Shown piece by piece: positions 12,577 to 27,170 of a stretch of 64,000 nucleotides of DNA; position 1 is the stretch's first letter; each line of letters opens with the position of its first letter. Below the pieces are notes generated by a model. It searched no databases. It saw only the letters and a list, made by a program, of their open reading frames with translations, and was not told the DNA's origin. The translations under genes were made by a program, and so were the position numbers. The stretch is from Octopus sinensis (lineage: Eukaryota), in the NCBI RefSeq assembly GCF_006345805.1, contig NC_043008.1, forward strand, positions 19,716,001 through 19,780,000. Direction: 5' to 3'.

Positions 12577-14026
12577 TGGACACATCCACATTGCTCAACA
12601 GTGTAATAATATACGGAATCTACGAATCAAGGAAAAGTATAACGAACAACTTGAAACGAATCTAAAACCCGGTTGGCTTCTCTCAACATAAATCTCTGAT
12701 TGTTTTAAATCAAAACTTGATCGATACATTATTTTTGAAAATAATTTCTTTTATAGGAATCAGTTTAATTCTGCAGGGCAGTAGATATCGAGATGTATAT
12801 TTCTGCTACTGGTAATTCTTCTAACCCACCTGGGAATCATGGGCGCGAACGATTCATTGCCCTGATTCACGTTCACAATATATTGGTATATTGATTCGAA
12901 AGGTGCCAGTGTAAGGTAAATAATCAGGAAATCTATTATTTTAATCAAAGTATCCCTTCGTCTGAGTTGGTGTCTTCAACAAGAAATGTGTAGTGCTGTG
13001 AATTACACCGAGGATATGTTTGTGTTCACTGCTCACAAGGATTGTTGAAATGTATACCAGTAATATGCTTAAACCAGTCAAATGAAGCCTACAATACCCG
13101 CTGAAAAATTGGCTCTTTGCAGAGATGAAGGCAATTTTTATTGTGAAAAAAAAAACTATCCCTATTGACCACTGACATGAAGGTTTATTATATTTTATAT
13201 GCATTGCCACTATGTGAACTCATTAAATACTTCATTTATTTACGACACTTATACCCTTGGAAAATATTTTATTGTTACAACATCTACAATAGAGAAATAT
13301 ATATTTCTGTTATTTATTCTAACAACGTAAACGGATATATCTACATTTGGTGTCATCATGACATGCATGCCTTTCAACATACAATACTATTTTGCTTAAA
13401 AAGTCTGGTATAGAAAACTAGAACATCAAACAATATAAAATATCCAAGGAATTATGAGAAACAAAAATAAAAACAAGAAAAAAGAGTAAATTGTAATTTA
13501 ATTTTGTGCTTTTATGAAGAATCATAAAATCATAAACAAATTCCACGTTACGACATTTCGGGCATTGGACCCTCTTCGAGAAAAGGTAAGGCGAGTGTAT
13601 AAAGGAACGACACACTAAATCAATATTACGGTGCTATAGGAACTGAAAAATGTTGATCTGGATAAATTGGCTTTAGTTTTAAAGTGAAGATATAAATGAC
13701 GGACAAAAGGTTATTATTTTACTATGTGCGAATGGAGTAGAAATACAATGTGTATATATTGAATACTTTTCATACAGTTATAATATTCATGTTATTGTTA
13801 CTGCGATCCTGTTAACAATTTGTTTGTGGCATATTGTTTCCAATAATATTCTGATAAATCCCTCTACATTTATTAATGACTCGCCAGATTATGTGAATGA
13901 TTTTACAATTCATTAGTTTTCAAACATCTGAACCAAATCCTATTTCATTCATAAATACATTTTGTATTATACAATCTTCATTGATTATTCGTTTGCAATT
14001 ATGTTGATAAAAATAAATAAATAATT

Positions 14027-14109
<83 letters not shown>

Positions 14110-14751
14110 TATAAGGTATAAAATGTAAAGTGAATCCACGCCGGTTATTATAATATTTATTCCAATTGTTTTTGTTCATATACTTTTATCAATAGTTACA
14201 ACAAATGAAGTGGCATGTGGTCATGCTAGGTTAATATGTGACATGGATATTAGTATATGAGTCTTTGGAATTACATCCCAGGAGACAAACACATACCCGG
14301 GAAAAATTCACTACCTGTGATCCTAAAAGTGTTACCGGAAGCCGCCAAGTGGGAAATTGAAGGTATTACTAAAGCTTTAGTATGCGAGCACATTTGTATC
14401 TGTATCTAAATTATGTAATTCTTAAACTAGATATTCCTGTGATGCTAACTACAATATATACAGACGTTACTTAACTAGCGTAAGTCATGCATATATACAT
14501 GCAAAATGCTCTTCCTCTAAATGGAAAACTTATCTGTTACTGCGGTCTTGTGGTAAGAAGGCCATCCACTCAAAAGAACTCAGAGTTAATAATTCACGAA
14601 CACTCGACAACACGAGCTCTCAACTTGTTCCATTTGCCAAAATGTTTGCAAGGCACAAAGACACATTAAGAGACACATTCTTGTCCTTAGAACAGGATTA
14701 TCACATTATTTTACTGAACCCTCATTTGTTGTTCACGACGTGTATATATAT

Positions 14752-15105
<354 letters not shown>

Positions 15106-16505
15106 ATAGAAATCTCTGTCCATGCTCCTTAAAGGAGATTATACTGACCCCGTCATACACCGACGCATTCTACAATTTTATGGATCTCAAATGCTAATAG
15201 CACCGCAATAGACATCTCTTCCGATTATTTTTTTGTCACATCTCCAAATAAGGATCGTCGCCTTTGACTAGTAGAAAACCAAACATCATAGTTCATGAAA
15301 TGCATCAAAAAGTTTATGAGTACCAGATATATAACCACGCTAGGAAAAGATACAATGGAAAATTCCTTGTTACTGGGAATGCACCATTCTCATGACAAAC
15401 AGAGCAGGAAAAAAGGGAAGAATGAAAACTACCTGCGTGAAGTGTTTAAATATGTTATCATAAAACGAGAATGGGCAGAACGGAATTGTGTTTTCCTGCC
15501 CAAAACGGTATTTAACAACCAAAAGAATTTTTAATAGACAAAGATAGTAACGTGTGGGTTTAGGAAAGTGAGTAAGGTGGAGTAGGCTCTAATTTGTTGG
15601 TTATGTAAAAATAGATTGACGTTATGTTTTTAATAGAAAGAAAGTGACTTTGAGCAGTCGCTTCAGTTTGCGTTCAAGGTGTTTGCTAATGTATGGCTTA
15701 AGAAAAGAGAAAGTTGCCCTATGAAAACATATGTACCAGTAATTTGTTAGCAATAAAAAAACTAAGCATTGGTAAGCTGAGGCGGGCGATCCATGGCAAA
15801 GAATAATACTACAAAGAGAGAGATGCAGGCAGGTATACTCAGGAAAAACGTACCAATAACGGGTCTGAATGAATTCAGAGAAGCGAAGGAGGTTATGAGT
15901 GTCGGTGTTGGTCGATATAAGAAAGTATCTGTCAAATACGGAAGCTCAATGTAATCGAATATTCTTGCTTTAAAATTATTGACCCTCTGACAAATTCAAA
16001 AATATGGCAGGTTCATATTGACGGAATCATTACATCACCGAAACAATGACTTGCAATCTTCCTTGCGCGGCTTTTTAGGGTGTGAGCTCGAACACAAACG
16101 AAACAAACTACCTTTCATCCATCCAGGGCCGATAAAATTAAGCGCCAGATAGGGACTGGGTTTGAAGCTTTCAAGGAAACCTCTCTTCTTGATTTTAAAT
16201 TTGAAACGGTTATACTTTACATAATTACGTTTGAATGGTCAAACTGATATTTGTTGAAACAAACAAATTGTATAGGTGTTTCTATAGAGGCTTCTACTTA
16301 ACATGGAATCCGTCGTTACTTCTCCTCACTGAAGAGATTTCAGTGTAGGCAGGCAACTTCAGTTTTGATATGCAACACAATATTTAGTTCTGTGTTAAAT
16401 ATGTAAGGATACAAATGAGGATATCTAGTGATTGTTGCTATAGGTATGTGCAATGTTATGCAAATACCGACATTTCATATTCGCACACAGCTAGAGAAAA
16501 AGATA

Positions 16506-17665
16506 TGTATTGTCTGATCAATAAGTATCAGAAATGTTGCCATAGTAACGAAACTAAAGCAAACAAAGTGAAATTCTTGGCACAAATTGACCTTGAGTTC
16601 TACTGTGGATGCGCATTAAGTTTTAACGGTCTAGTTCACTTCCGCTGTGTACGGCAGTACTTGAAATAAACATGTGTTGTCTGTGAAGGTAGCATTGATC
16701 ATGACAAAGTTGAGCAGATAATCTGCATCACGTTTTGACAAAAGGTTGACGATACCTGCTCAGAGGCCTTCGCAAAGGGGCAGAAAGTGTATGAAGAGGA
16801 GTGTATAAGCCAAAAAAATGTCGATAGTGACGAATGTTTTGGGAGACCTGCAACCAGCAGAACTGAGAAAAACATAATAGATGTGCATGCGGCTATGAGG
16901 AGAAATCGTCGAATCACGATCCGTGAGTTCTCAGAGGATGTGCAGATTAATTACGATTTACTTCAACCCATTATCACAGAAGATTAGAGTATGAGATACT
17001 TGCCTGCAAATTATGTGCCAAAACTGCTTTCAGCTAATCAAAAAGGTACTCGTGTTTCAGTCTCACAAAGTCTCTTTGATTGTATCGAAAACGATGTATC
17101 GATAACGGTCAAAACGGGTGATGAATCGTGGGACTATTGCTATGACCCTGAAACAAAGTTTTCGCAGTGGAAGATCCCAGCCTCTCCGAGACCGAAGCAA
17201 TGTGAAGAAACTGTTGACAGTTTTCTTCGCCTAAAAGAGGATTGGTCATCATGAGTATGCTCCAGCTGGTCAGACAGTAAACAAGGAGTACTACCGCGCC
17301 ATTTTGCGGTGTTCGGTGAGTGGCATTTGCACCATGACACTACACCTCTTCATTCAGCCCAGCTTGTGCAGCAGTTTTGGGTTAGGCATAGAATTCTCCA
17401 GGTCCGACAGCCACCGTATTGCCCAGATCTCGTCCCTTGCGACTTTTTCCTTTTTCCAAAAATCAAATCCCGCTTGAAAGGTAGATTTCCGGATGTCGAG
17501 GGTATCAAAGTGAATATGACGAGGCAGCTGCTGATTATCCCAGAAAACGAGTTCCAGGAATGCTTCCTGGGGGACTACTTCGAAGGAGATTAAATGCGAA
17601 ATTGGTAAGTGTTGTAATTTTATTTTTACAGCACGAGTCCGGATACTTATTGATCTGCCCCCCCC
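16506..17665 (+). mobile_element. Decayed mariner transposon with both TIRs
   Basis: GATCAATAAGTATC at about 16516 is mirrored by GATACTTATTGATC at about 17642; internal transposase remnants. Confidence 0.85.
16700..17593 (+). pseudogene. Mariner (DD34D-type) transposase pseudogene
   Basis: Pieces in shifted frames: KTGDESWDYCYDPETK, HHD..PLHSA, QPPYCPDLVPCDFFLFPKIK; several frameshifts and stops. Confidence 0.9.
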
Positions 17666-19067
17666 ACACACACACATACACATATCTAGTATAGTAGGCC
17701 GTAATGTAGATATGTAGCTTGTATTTTAAATTTCATCGTTTTCGATATATTGTATATGTTGTTATATATTTTTCTCTACCATTCATAGATATCTAATTCT
17801 ATCCTATGGACAAACTAACTTTGGTCAGATGCAGAATTGAACACAGAATAAATTGCGAAGATCTTAACGAGTGCAAATCCGTTTGTCTGGAGATTTAAGC
17901 TTTTAGGATTTTATCACTGTCACTAATGCATTATTGATTAAATAATAAATTGTATATTTGATCTATGTGAAAGCGTAAATGAGATTCTTTTTGTATGTTA
18001 TCTCTTAATTATTCATGTATTGGAATATTTCAAGAATATATACGGTAACCTCACTTGTATTTTAATTCACATCGAATTTAAACTATCATTACAGTGGACA
18101 TTCCAATAAAATAATTGATTGCTATATCCAATTACGTCAACGAATTTTAGGTAATAAAATATATTCTCAATTTATGAACATTCGCATAAAGTGCTTCGAT
18201 TAATCACAGTTTAGTAGAACAGATACAATTAAACATAGTATTCATTCCACTGCAACGAATTAATATATAATCTCGTGTTACATTTCCTTTCTAACTGACT
18301 GCGTAATAATCACTTTTGTGTAAAACTTACATGTTGATTTAGGAATCGATGTTGATCAGAAAAAAGTGAGCGAATGTTACAGAGGTATTAACCGGTTGCA
18401 TCTAAACTAATATAGACTCGTATTTTACTGAAAGGTTAGAAGAGTGTACGACAGAATTGAATAAGAGTTTCAGAAAGACAGACATTTGCAGTTAAATACG
18501 CTTCTCACAAAGGAATTAAAGTTGCAAATGAGTTTAAATATTTCCTATATCATTATAGAAAGCATGCTTTTCTTTTCGCAAAACATCAGACGATGTTGTG
18601 TTAGTCTCGTCCTATAAACTTATAGATATGTTTATAGGACGAATAATAAAACCTCCTGTAAACATGTCTATAGAAAGGGAGTTAGGGGTAAGAGTGAAAT
18701 AATTAATGTTCGATAATTCCCACTTAACAGCTTTGGAATTCACTCAGTCGCATAATAGTGCACAATATTGGATTAGAGAAGCGTATGTCTAGAATTAGAT
18801 GGATTGTAATGTACCTAAGAAAAAGAATATCTGTGTAATCAGCTTCCTATAGTTATTAACGTTATCTGTTACGTATCTGGTTGAGACATAAACACACACG
18901 CATACACACACAGACGCGCGCGCAAGCACAGACACGCAAACACACACTTATATGTGAAATTATCTATCTACCAATCTAGATAACATCTCCCTACATACAT
19001 GCACACACATACATATATATGTATGTATGCATATATATATATATATTATATATATATATTATATATA

Positions 19068-19132
<65 letters not shown>

Positions 19133-19161
19133 ATATGTATATATATATATGTATATATATT

Positions 19162-19194
<33 letters not shown>

Positions 19195-19197
19195 GTA

Positions 19198-19245
<48 letters not shown>

Positions 19246-19920
19246 CATATCCAAAGATTGAGAGAGGGAGGGAGAAAGAGAGAGAAAGAGAAAGATAAAG
19301 AGAGAGAGAGAGGGGTGAGAGAGAGAGACAAACAGATTTATAAATACTACAATGTAAGTGCAGCTGTGTTTCAAAAACTTTGTGCTGAATCTGAAAAGAG
19401 TAAAATGTTAAAAAATCTAATTGTGATATATTTTGATGAAAAGTAAAATGTTTTTCTTCTCAAGCCGGAAATCAATCTCTCGTAAACTGCAATTATCTCT
19501 GCCTTTTACAGTACACTTAATCGCTACTTCCGCCAACTCATAATCTTAGAAAAACTTTCGACATGTTAACTGTGTTATAACAGAAAATATATTAATTAAT
19601 GAGAATTAATAATTGTTATTTTAGTATTTATAGCAATTTTCATAACGATGTTGTTATTGTTGATGGGGATAGTGTTGGAGAATGTAGCATTGAGTAGAGT
19701 GAGTGATAAGGTGTTCTCGTACTTGTTGGTAGTGGTAGGGGTTATACTGATAATGGCGGTGTGCTGTTGTCTCTTGTTATTTAACCCCAGGTCAGTGTGG
19801 ATCTAGGAAACATATAATCGAAAACATTCCAGCCTTGATCATCCGGTATTCTTAAGTCTAGCATAGATAACAGACTGCCGTTTTCTTGGCGATTCTGTTG
19901 GTAGCATTGGTGATGCTAGA

Positions 19921-19967
<47 letters not shown>

Positions 19968-20134
19968 CATTAGTAGTAGTAGTAGTAGTTGTTGTTGTAG
20001 TAGTAGTAGTAGTAGTGGTGGTGGTGTTGGTGGTGGTGTGTATTAATATTGGTAGCTTGTAGAAGCTTCAGATGTTGTGCTGGTAGTAGTATATCTGAGA
20101 ATGATGCCTGTTTGTATTATATCTAGGTCACCAT

Positions 20135-20340
20135 GAAATGGCGAAATGGCTGAATCGTTGCTGCGCCGGACAAAGTGCTTAGCGGCATTTTATTCGGCCG
20201 CCCTTTTACGGTCTGAGTTTAAATGTCACTGAAATTACATTGCGCTTCCTTAATTCGAAGTCAATAAAATAAGTACCATTTGAGCTCTCGGACTTATGTT
20301 ATTAACTTCAAAATTATTGGCCTTGTTTCAAACTTAGAAA
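20135..20340 (+). mobile_element. SINE family A, degenerate
   Basis: TGGCTGAATCG...GCTTAGCGGCATT...CTGAGTTTAAAT matches family A. Confidence 0.6.
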
Positions 20341-21224
20341 GAAAAATTTAGAAAGAAAAAAAACGCAAAGAGTAATTTTCTTCTTAAAGATATGAATGAT
20401 ATATTGTGTTTGAGGAGAGTCATAGTTTTAGTGCATTATTATGTAACACACTCACCGTTTCGATTTCCACTCATTTATATATTTTCTCCCAAAATTTTCA
20501 TTGCTTTGGCTATCTTGTCAATTGATGGTGACTCTCAACATCAGAATCACCACCCATTGACATAGTTGCTAAAGCAACGAAAGTTTTGGAAGGAAAAATA
20601 TAATAAATCAGTGGAAATTGAACCGGTGAGTGTGTTAGAAAATAAGGCATTAAGACAATATCATTCTCCTCAAACGTAACAAAATTTGCTTTAAAACACA
20701 AATTTACATAAAGAATTTTGTAAATCAGATACAAAAATGAATGAAATATTGTCCATAAGAATGGTAAATCTGAGAGATTTCATATATTATTATCTTTTTT
20801 CTATCTCATGAAAATTATTTCATAATTTTATAAGTTCCTATCGTTCTTTACACTATAGAAGGGAAATTCAGCCTATAGCTTGATATACTTATTAACTCAC
20901 TTGCAGAGTAATGGTTTCTAAATGTAACAGAATTAGTAGAGACGTGGTATATTGGGTTGAATGGTACCAATATAATTGAATACCAAGCTGAATTAAGGAT
21001 ATCTTGATAGTGGTACGAAATATTTGTGTATCGTATTGTATGAATGCATACGTATATACCGGCACATAACTACGTAGTTACAGTCATGCATATATGCGTA
21101 CTCACCCACATACAAGTAGACACACATCTATACTAAAATACAAGGAATTCGAAAACACTAAAATGATCCCCCTCATTTTTTTTCTCTCTCTCTGAATATG
21201 TGCGTTTATATATATATATATATA

Positions 21225-21327
21225 ATATTAATTAGAGACAAAACCACTATTATGCAAATCAAACAAAGAAAGACTTAATCCAATACATAAAAAAATTTAT
21301 ATATGTGGTTTTGTCTCTAATTAATAT
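21225..21327. repeat. Small foldback with perfect 23-bp inverted arms next to (TA)n
   Basis: ATATTAATTAGAGACAAAACCAC / GTGGTTTTGTCTCTAATTAATAT. Confidence 0.85.
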
Positions 21328-21424
21328 TATATTATATTTTACTATAAAATTGAATTCAATCCTAAATCTGATTTTTCCCTGTAAATTTGGATTTATTCCC
21401 TAATATTTATTATTATATATATAT

Positions 21425-21477
<53 letters not shown>

Positions 21478-22074
21478 GTGTGCGTATGTGTGTAATAGGA
21501 ATGCAGAACAATCTATATATGCCATCGAAATTAAGAAAGCAAAAACAAAAATCATACTATTATTTGGAATCATGATGAAATAATAATGAAATCTTGAAAA
21601 TTCTATTCGTGACATATATTTAATAAAAACATTATATTTATTTCTAATTTTGAACATAATTTTCGTTGAAACACCGTTCACCTTCTACGGTGAAATTAAC
21701 TACATTCGCTTCATTTCTCTACGCAGAGCACCTCACCGTCACTCACGCCAACAAATCAACATTCGCTACCATGAAAATATAATGGTAATCATACTTTTGT
21801 AATACATAATTGGCATATTGTTCACGTACAGGAACGATAGCAAATCATAGTAATATTAAGATCATATTATTTTATAATTTAGGAATTTTCTCAAAGCTTC
21901 TTTTTTTTTTCTTTCTTTTCAGAAAAATTATTAAAATTTCAAAATAATTTTCGACATCTGTACTTAAATGCGCTGGCAGGATTTCGTAGCCACGTTAAAT
22001 TACTAGCGTTTCTATTGTAGACCCAGGCAGACCAATGTCTTTATATAGTCATGGTAGACGGGAGCTGCATGTTT

Positions 22075-22080
22075 CTATCC

Positions 22081-22149
<69 letters not shown>

Positions 22150-22150
22150 A

Positions 22151-22189
<39 letters not shown>

Positions 22190-22200
22190 CCTATCAATCT
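22075..22200. repeat. (TCTA)n microsatellite
   Basis: Direct reading. Confidence 0.95.
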
Positions 22201-22387
22201 AACCCGCTGACGATCTCTCCCCCTCTCTCTATATATATACATATATACACACACACATATATATCAACCCTATCTTTCTCTCGATCACTCTCTATCTATC
22301 AATCTGTGTAGCTCTCTCTATCACTCTCTCGCTCTTTCTCTGCATATACCCTCATATATATATATATATTCTTTATTTAAAAGCAGC

Positions 22388-22434
<47 letters not shown>

Positions 22435-22484
22435 CATACGTACACACACAAATATATATATGTCTGTCTCTATATGTATGTGTG

Positions 22485-22685
22485 TGTTTGCCGCACTACG
22501 GTTTAAAAGAAGGTGCTAGTTTGTTTATAACCTCACAATTTAGCGGTGCGGCGAAAATAATCGATATGATATACACCAGAATTAAAAATCTCAAATCGTA
22601 GGGGCGATTTGTACGACTGAACCATTCAATAAGGTGTCACAGCAGGGCCGCGGCCGAATGATTGAAAAAAGTAAAAGAATAAGAG
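22485..22685 (+). mobile_element. SINE family D, 3' portion, degenerate
   Basis: TTTAGCGGTGCGGCGAAA ... GGTGTCACAGCAGGGCCGC ... AAGTAAAAGAATAAGAG. Confidence 0.6.
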
Positions 22686-23240
22686 CTTTTCATTAAAAGA
22701 TATGAGTTTCTTTCAATTTTTCAATGATATTCTACATACATACTGTAAACAGATAAGATCACACATTCACACACACACACGTACACACCCATGCGCACAC
22801 ACATGTGTGTATATAATTATGTATGGGTGAGATTCAGCGTGAGAGGAGTTTCTTGAACCGCTATTGGTTCTTTGTTAATCCTGAATCAGCCTCTTGATAA
22901 TGAAGAAGCAAGCTATATGTGAGAATTACTATGAAATCAAGATCTATTTCGGTATGTGAACCCCCATTATTCGATTCTAGATTGCTATTCCACTCATAGA
23001 AACATCGTGTATAGCTGTAAATTGGTATCAGGATGCCTGGAGTTCTATGTAGGGACGGAATGTAAAGAGAAAGGCTTCTTGCTTATTAACGTACTAATAA
23101 GAAGAAACGAAAGAATGAAAACGTCAGAGAAGAAAACTTAAACAGGCCTAGATAAACAATGATGTACAATAACTTAGGTTTATAGAAATATTATTATTTC
23201 TAAGTCTCTCTTAAGAAGACTACGGCAACGGTACTGGATG

Positions 23241-23538
23241 TTAATAGTTATCGCCAAGCTAATATGGCAGTCCATAAATATAGGACGAAAGCTGCCGTTG
23301 ATTAGCTCCAAGAGGCCATCGCCGCTAGCTAGCTATATGATACACGAAACCGTGAAACCTGTTTGTAGATGTCTGACCAGCAAGGGTAAGCGGCTGACCT
23401 CCCCTGTTTGAAGGTTATGATGGACACAGGTTCGTGTTTCACATAGCTAGCTAGAGGCGATGGCCTCTTGGAGCTAATCAACGGCAGCTTTCGTTCTATA
23501 TTTATGGACTGCCATATTAGCTTGGCGATAACTATTAA
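23241..23538. repeat. Foldback element with about 110-bp inverted arms
   Basis: 23241-23351 pairs with 23429-23538 with a few mismatches. Confidence 0.9.
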
Positions 23539-23730
23539 TTTAGGTATATATTTTCCATCTTACTGGAGTAAAAATACAGTTAAGTGGTTTCTTCTTCCCA
23601 AATAAAAAACTCAAATCGGTGTCATTGGCAGTAACATGCGCCCATTTATTGCTATAAATGTATTTTTTCCCTCCGTTGCTTCGGAGTGAAAATATTCGTC
23701 TATGTTTTTTTTATTTAGAAATATATTCTT

Positions 23731-24098
23731 TTCTACTCTAGGCAAAGGCCCGAAAGTTTTGCGAAGGGTCCCAGCACACAACTGGTACTTAATTTACTGA
23801 CCCCGAAAGGATGAAAGGCAAAGTCAACCTCGGCGGAATTTGAACTCAAGAACGTAAAGACAAACGAAATACCTATTTCTTTACTACCCACAATGGGCTA
23901 AACGCAGAGAGGACAAACAAGGACAGATAAACGGATTAAGTCGATTATATCGACCCCAGAGCGTAACTGGTACTTATTTAATCGACCCCGAAAGGATAAA
24001 AGGCAAAGTCGACCTCGACGGAATTTGAACTCAGAACGTAGCGGCAGACGAAATATCGCTATATATTTCGCCCGGCGTGCTAACGTTTCTACCAGTCA
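23731..24098 (-). mobile_element. SINE family A, dimeric copy
   Basis: Reverse complement matches 9445-9830, including the internal junction. Confidence 0.9.
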
Positions 24099-24100
24099 GC

Positions 24101-24483
24101 CGCAGGTGTGGCTGCGTTGTGAGGAGCTTTCTTCCTGAGCATATGATTCCGGGATGTCTCTCACTGCTTCTTGGGGAAGTGCCTTCTACTATAGTCCCGG
24201 GTCGACCAAAGCCTTATGAAAATGAAAGTGAAAGAATCACGCCGAATGCACACAAACGCACGCGCACACACACATATTTACATACACGTGTGGTATGTGT
24301 GTATCTTTTCGCTTGTCCCCAACCACCTCTTTATGACCGGTGCTGGTATGTTTCCAGTTCGGTGAACAGACCGTTGGAGGAAGTATCAGGCTTAAAATAT
24401 TTAAGCACTGTTCACTAAAATTCTTCAAATGCAGTGCCCCAGCGTGGCCACAGTCTAAAGACTGAATCAAATAATGCTAAAAG
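24101..24483 (+). mobile_element. SINE family D
   Basis: Head GCAGGTGTGGCTGCGT; GGTCGACCAAAGCCTT; 3' AGTGCCCCAGCGTGGCCACAGTC. Confidence 0.75.
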
Positions 24484-24599
24484 CAGTATGTTTAATTCCG
24501 GCTGGTAGATAGAAAGAATTAATCTTAAATTGGCAGTCAGAGACCCATAGTAGCTCAGTCCCATCGTCGCTGAGGAGACCAAACCAGGTTGAAACACTA

Positions 24600-25000
24600 A
24601 TTTTGGCGATCCAACGTCATCCTGAGCAGCGCCATGCTTTCTTTACGAACAAGTCTCTCTCAAACGTCTTTCTAAGAGAAAATATCAGATTTAGCGCCGT
24701 TCTAAGTTTGTACCATCAAGCAGGTGTCATCCCTGTGTCCTTTGGTCGGTTTGTGAAGACTCTCTCGTTCCACACCTGGCTGCTTCTAGTTGGATCATAA
24801 TTAGCATTTGTTTTTAGATATGTTGTGCGGCCCCAATTGTTCTCACGACGATTGGCTAGGTCGTTCTGGCTCATTTTGTCTTTCGGTATGTCACATTCCT
24901 GACCGTCACATCTTCAACTCCACTGTCTTGCTTCTTCTGCACTCTTCACCGTCATGAGTTTCCTATACTTTTGGAATAGAAATTATCGCCCTCAGGCGGG
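24600..25000 (-). mobile_element. Very decayed RTE-like LINE 3' fragment
   Basis: Minus-strand remnants resemble the RTE C-terminal W..HI ... RP..RW.D pattern across frameshifts. Confidence 0.3.
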
Positions 25001-25965
25001 AGACAATATTTTCGATCACGTAGTTTAGCTGGTCAGTCGAAGTCAGAGAGCAGGATGTAGTCACTCCTATATTCTGCAGCATCCGTGGAGGTATAACTGA
25101 GCTAGATGCAGAAGTAGAAGTTCAGACAGGATGCTTTCCAACTCCTGAGGGGAAGCGCTTATGACTCACCGTGATGTACTAACCCTTCTCCTGCATCGTA
25201 CTTCCTAAACCATACTGTAAAGTTTAAATTATTGACATACGTAAATGAAACTGCGTCCCAAGGGTATTTGATCAATGACATACACCAAAGCCACCACACT
25301 GGCGTCACAGTCGTATGATATATACATTATAAATGAGGAACAGAAACGATAAGCAGTGATGTGTAAAATGCAAAAAAATGTTGCCAGTCCAAATATACTT
25401 CAGGCATATTTGAATCCGTAAAAAAAGCCATTCACTCTAGTTTGTCATGTATGTATATATATATAGAAATCAATTAACAATTACTGTTGTATAACTTGTT
25501 TAATTTTGACTTTGTTTTGTCGATGCACGCTTTCTGAAAGTCATGTTTCTGCACAATGACTAAAGTTTCTTATGTTTTCGTTGATAAAACTGACTTCACA
25601 TTCAAGATCCTGATATCAAAATTACATGAAACATTATTCCCTCTGATACCGTTTCTATTTCTAAGCAAATATTCTTCGCATTTTCACTAAATTGGTTTTT
25701 GTTCTCAAAACAGGAACATATGCACTTAAAATATAATGCATGCATTAATTAAATAAACAATACTTATGTGTCGCAAATTTAATTTATTTAGATTTTTCTT
25801 ATATCTTTTATTTGAAATCATTTACTAGTTTCACTCACTCACACACACTCACACGCACACACACACATACACACACACTCGTAGATGGATATTTACCCAA
25901 TTTTCTATGCTGTTTTCACTGCTACCACGCGTTGGAAATTTACTTTTCTGTAATACATATATATA

Positions 25966-26213
25966 GTGGAGGTGCGTGGCTTAGTGGTTAGGGTGTCAGC
26001 ATCATGATCATAAGATTGTGGTTTCGATTCCCGGACCGGGTGACGTGATGTGTTCTTGAGCAAAACACTTCATTTCTCGTTGCTCCAGTCTACTCAGCTG
26101 GCAAAAATGAGTAACGCTGCGACGGACTGGGGTCCCGTCCAGCTGGGTAACACATACGCCACAGAAACCGGGAAACCGAGCCCATGAGCCTGGCTAGGCT
26201 TTAAAAGGGCGCA
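25966..26213 (+). mobile_element. tRNA-derived SINE, head B + tail Y
   Basis: TGGCTTAGTGG A box, GTTTCGATTCC B box, tail GCGACGGACTGG...GAAACCGGGAAACCG. Confidence 0.9.
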
Positions 26214-26960
26214 TTTATTATTATTTATAGTACATATATATATACTTCTAGCTCCAGCGTCGTTTTCGCTGACCAAATTCATTGGCATTAGTAGAAAATA
26301 CTTGTACCGCGCTGTTGGACTGCAAAGCGAACTTCGGAACCTTACATTCCTACTTGTGCCTACGTAGACATGGCCTGGACCAAATCTTTGGTCGAAACAT
26401 ATCTAAGTTTTATCTAAGTTTTACGTAAATACATCGTTACATTAAATTGTTTATCGAGACTGAAAGTTTCAACAGATCCTCCTACATGCGAATGGCAAAA
26501 TTACGCGGACATCAAGTTCGCTTCCCAAATATGTGGTTTCGGCTTCAACTATTCCCTATGACAAAAGCAGGTACATCATGCAATGACTTCCATCAACATA
26601 ACATCTTCAGACACTGGTTAGTTTAATATGTAAGGGTTCGTGGCCTAGTGGGTAGAATGTTGTTCTCATTAACTTTCGATCACTGTTTCGATTCTCAGAA
26701 CAGTCAGTGCATTGTTTTCTTGAGCAAATCATTCCATCACATGTTGTCCCTCCAATCCGTTCAGCATTAAATGCGTAATTCTGAGACGGACGGACCACCC
26801 TATTCTGGGGTGTATTATTATGTCGGTCTCTTATACGCCACGAAATGACCGTTCGTATGTCTCCTACGACTCAAGACAAAATCTAATTACAATATTTAAT
26901 TACTGTATGTTAAGCGCCATTATCCGGTGGACCTTGTCTGAATATTATTCTACATCATGT

Positions 26961-27170
26961 GATGGCGGGGAGTTGGCAGAATCGTTAGCGTGCCGGACGT
27001 GATACTTCGCGGTCTTGGTCCGGGTTTACGTTCTGAATTCCAGCCCCGCTGAGGTCGACTTTGCCTTTGATCCTTTCGGGGTCGGACGAAATAAGTATCA
27101 GTTGAGTACTGTGGTCGATATAATCAACTGAGTCCCTCACCACACACATTTCAGGCCTTGTGACTATAAT
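26961..27170 (+). mobile_element. SINE family A
   Basis: GGCGGGGAGTTGGCAGAATCGTTAGCG ... GAGGTCGACTTTGCCTTTGATCCTTTCGGGGTCG. Confidence 0.85.

Noticed and set aside
20566-20625. 60-nt open segment with a gtgagt donor (LLKQRKFWKEKYNKSVEIEP)
   Set aside because: Weak acceptor, no recognisable protein, no partner exons
26378-26398. GACCAAA/TTTGGTC stem followed by GAAAC
   Set aside because: No CUGANGA upstream
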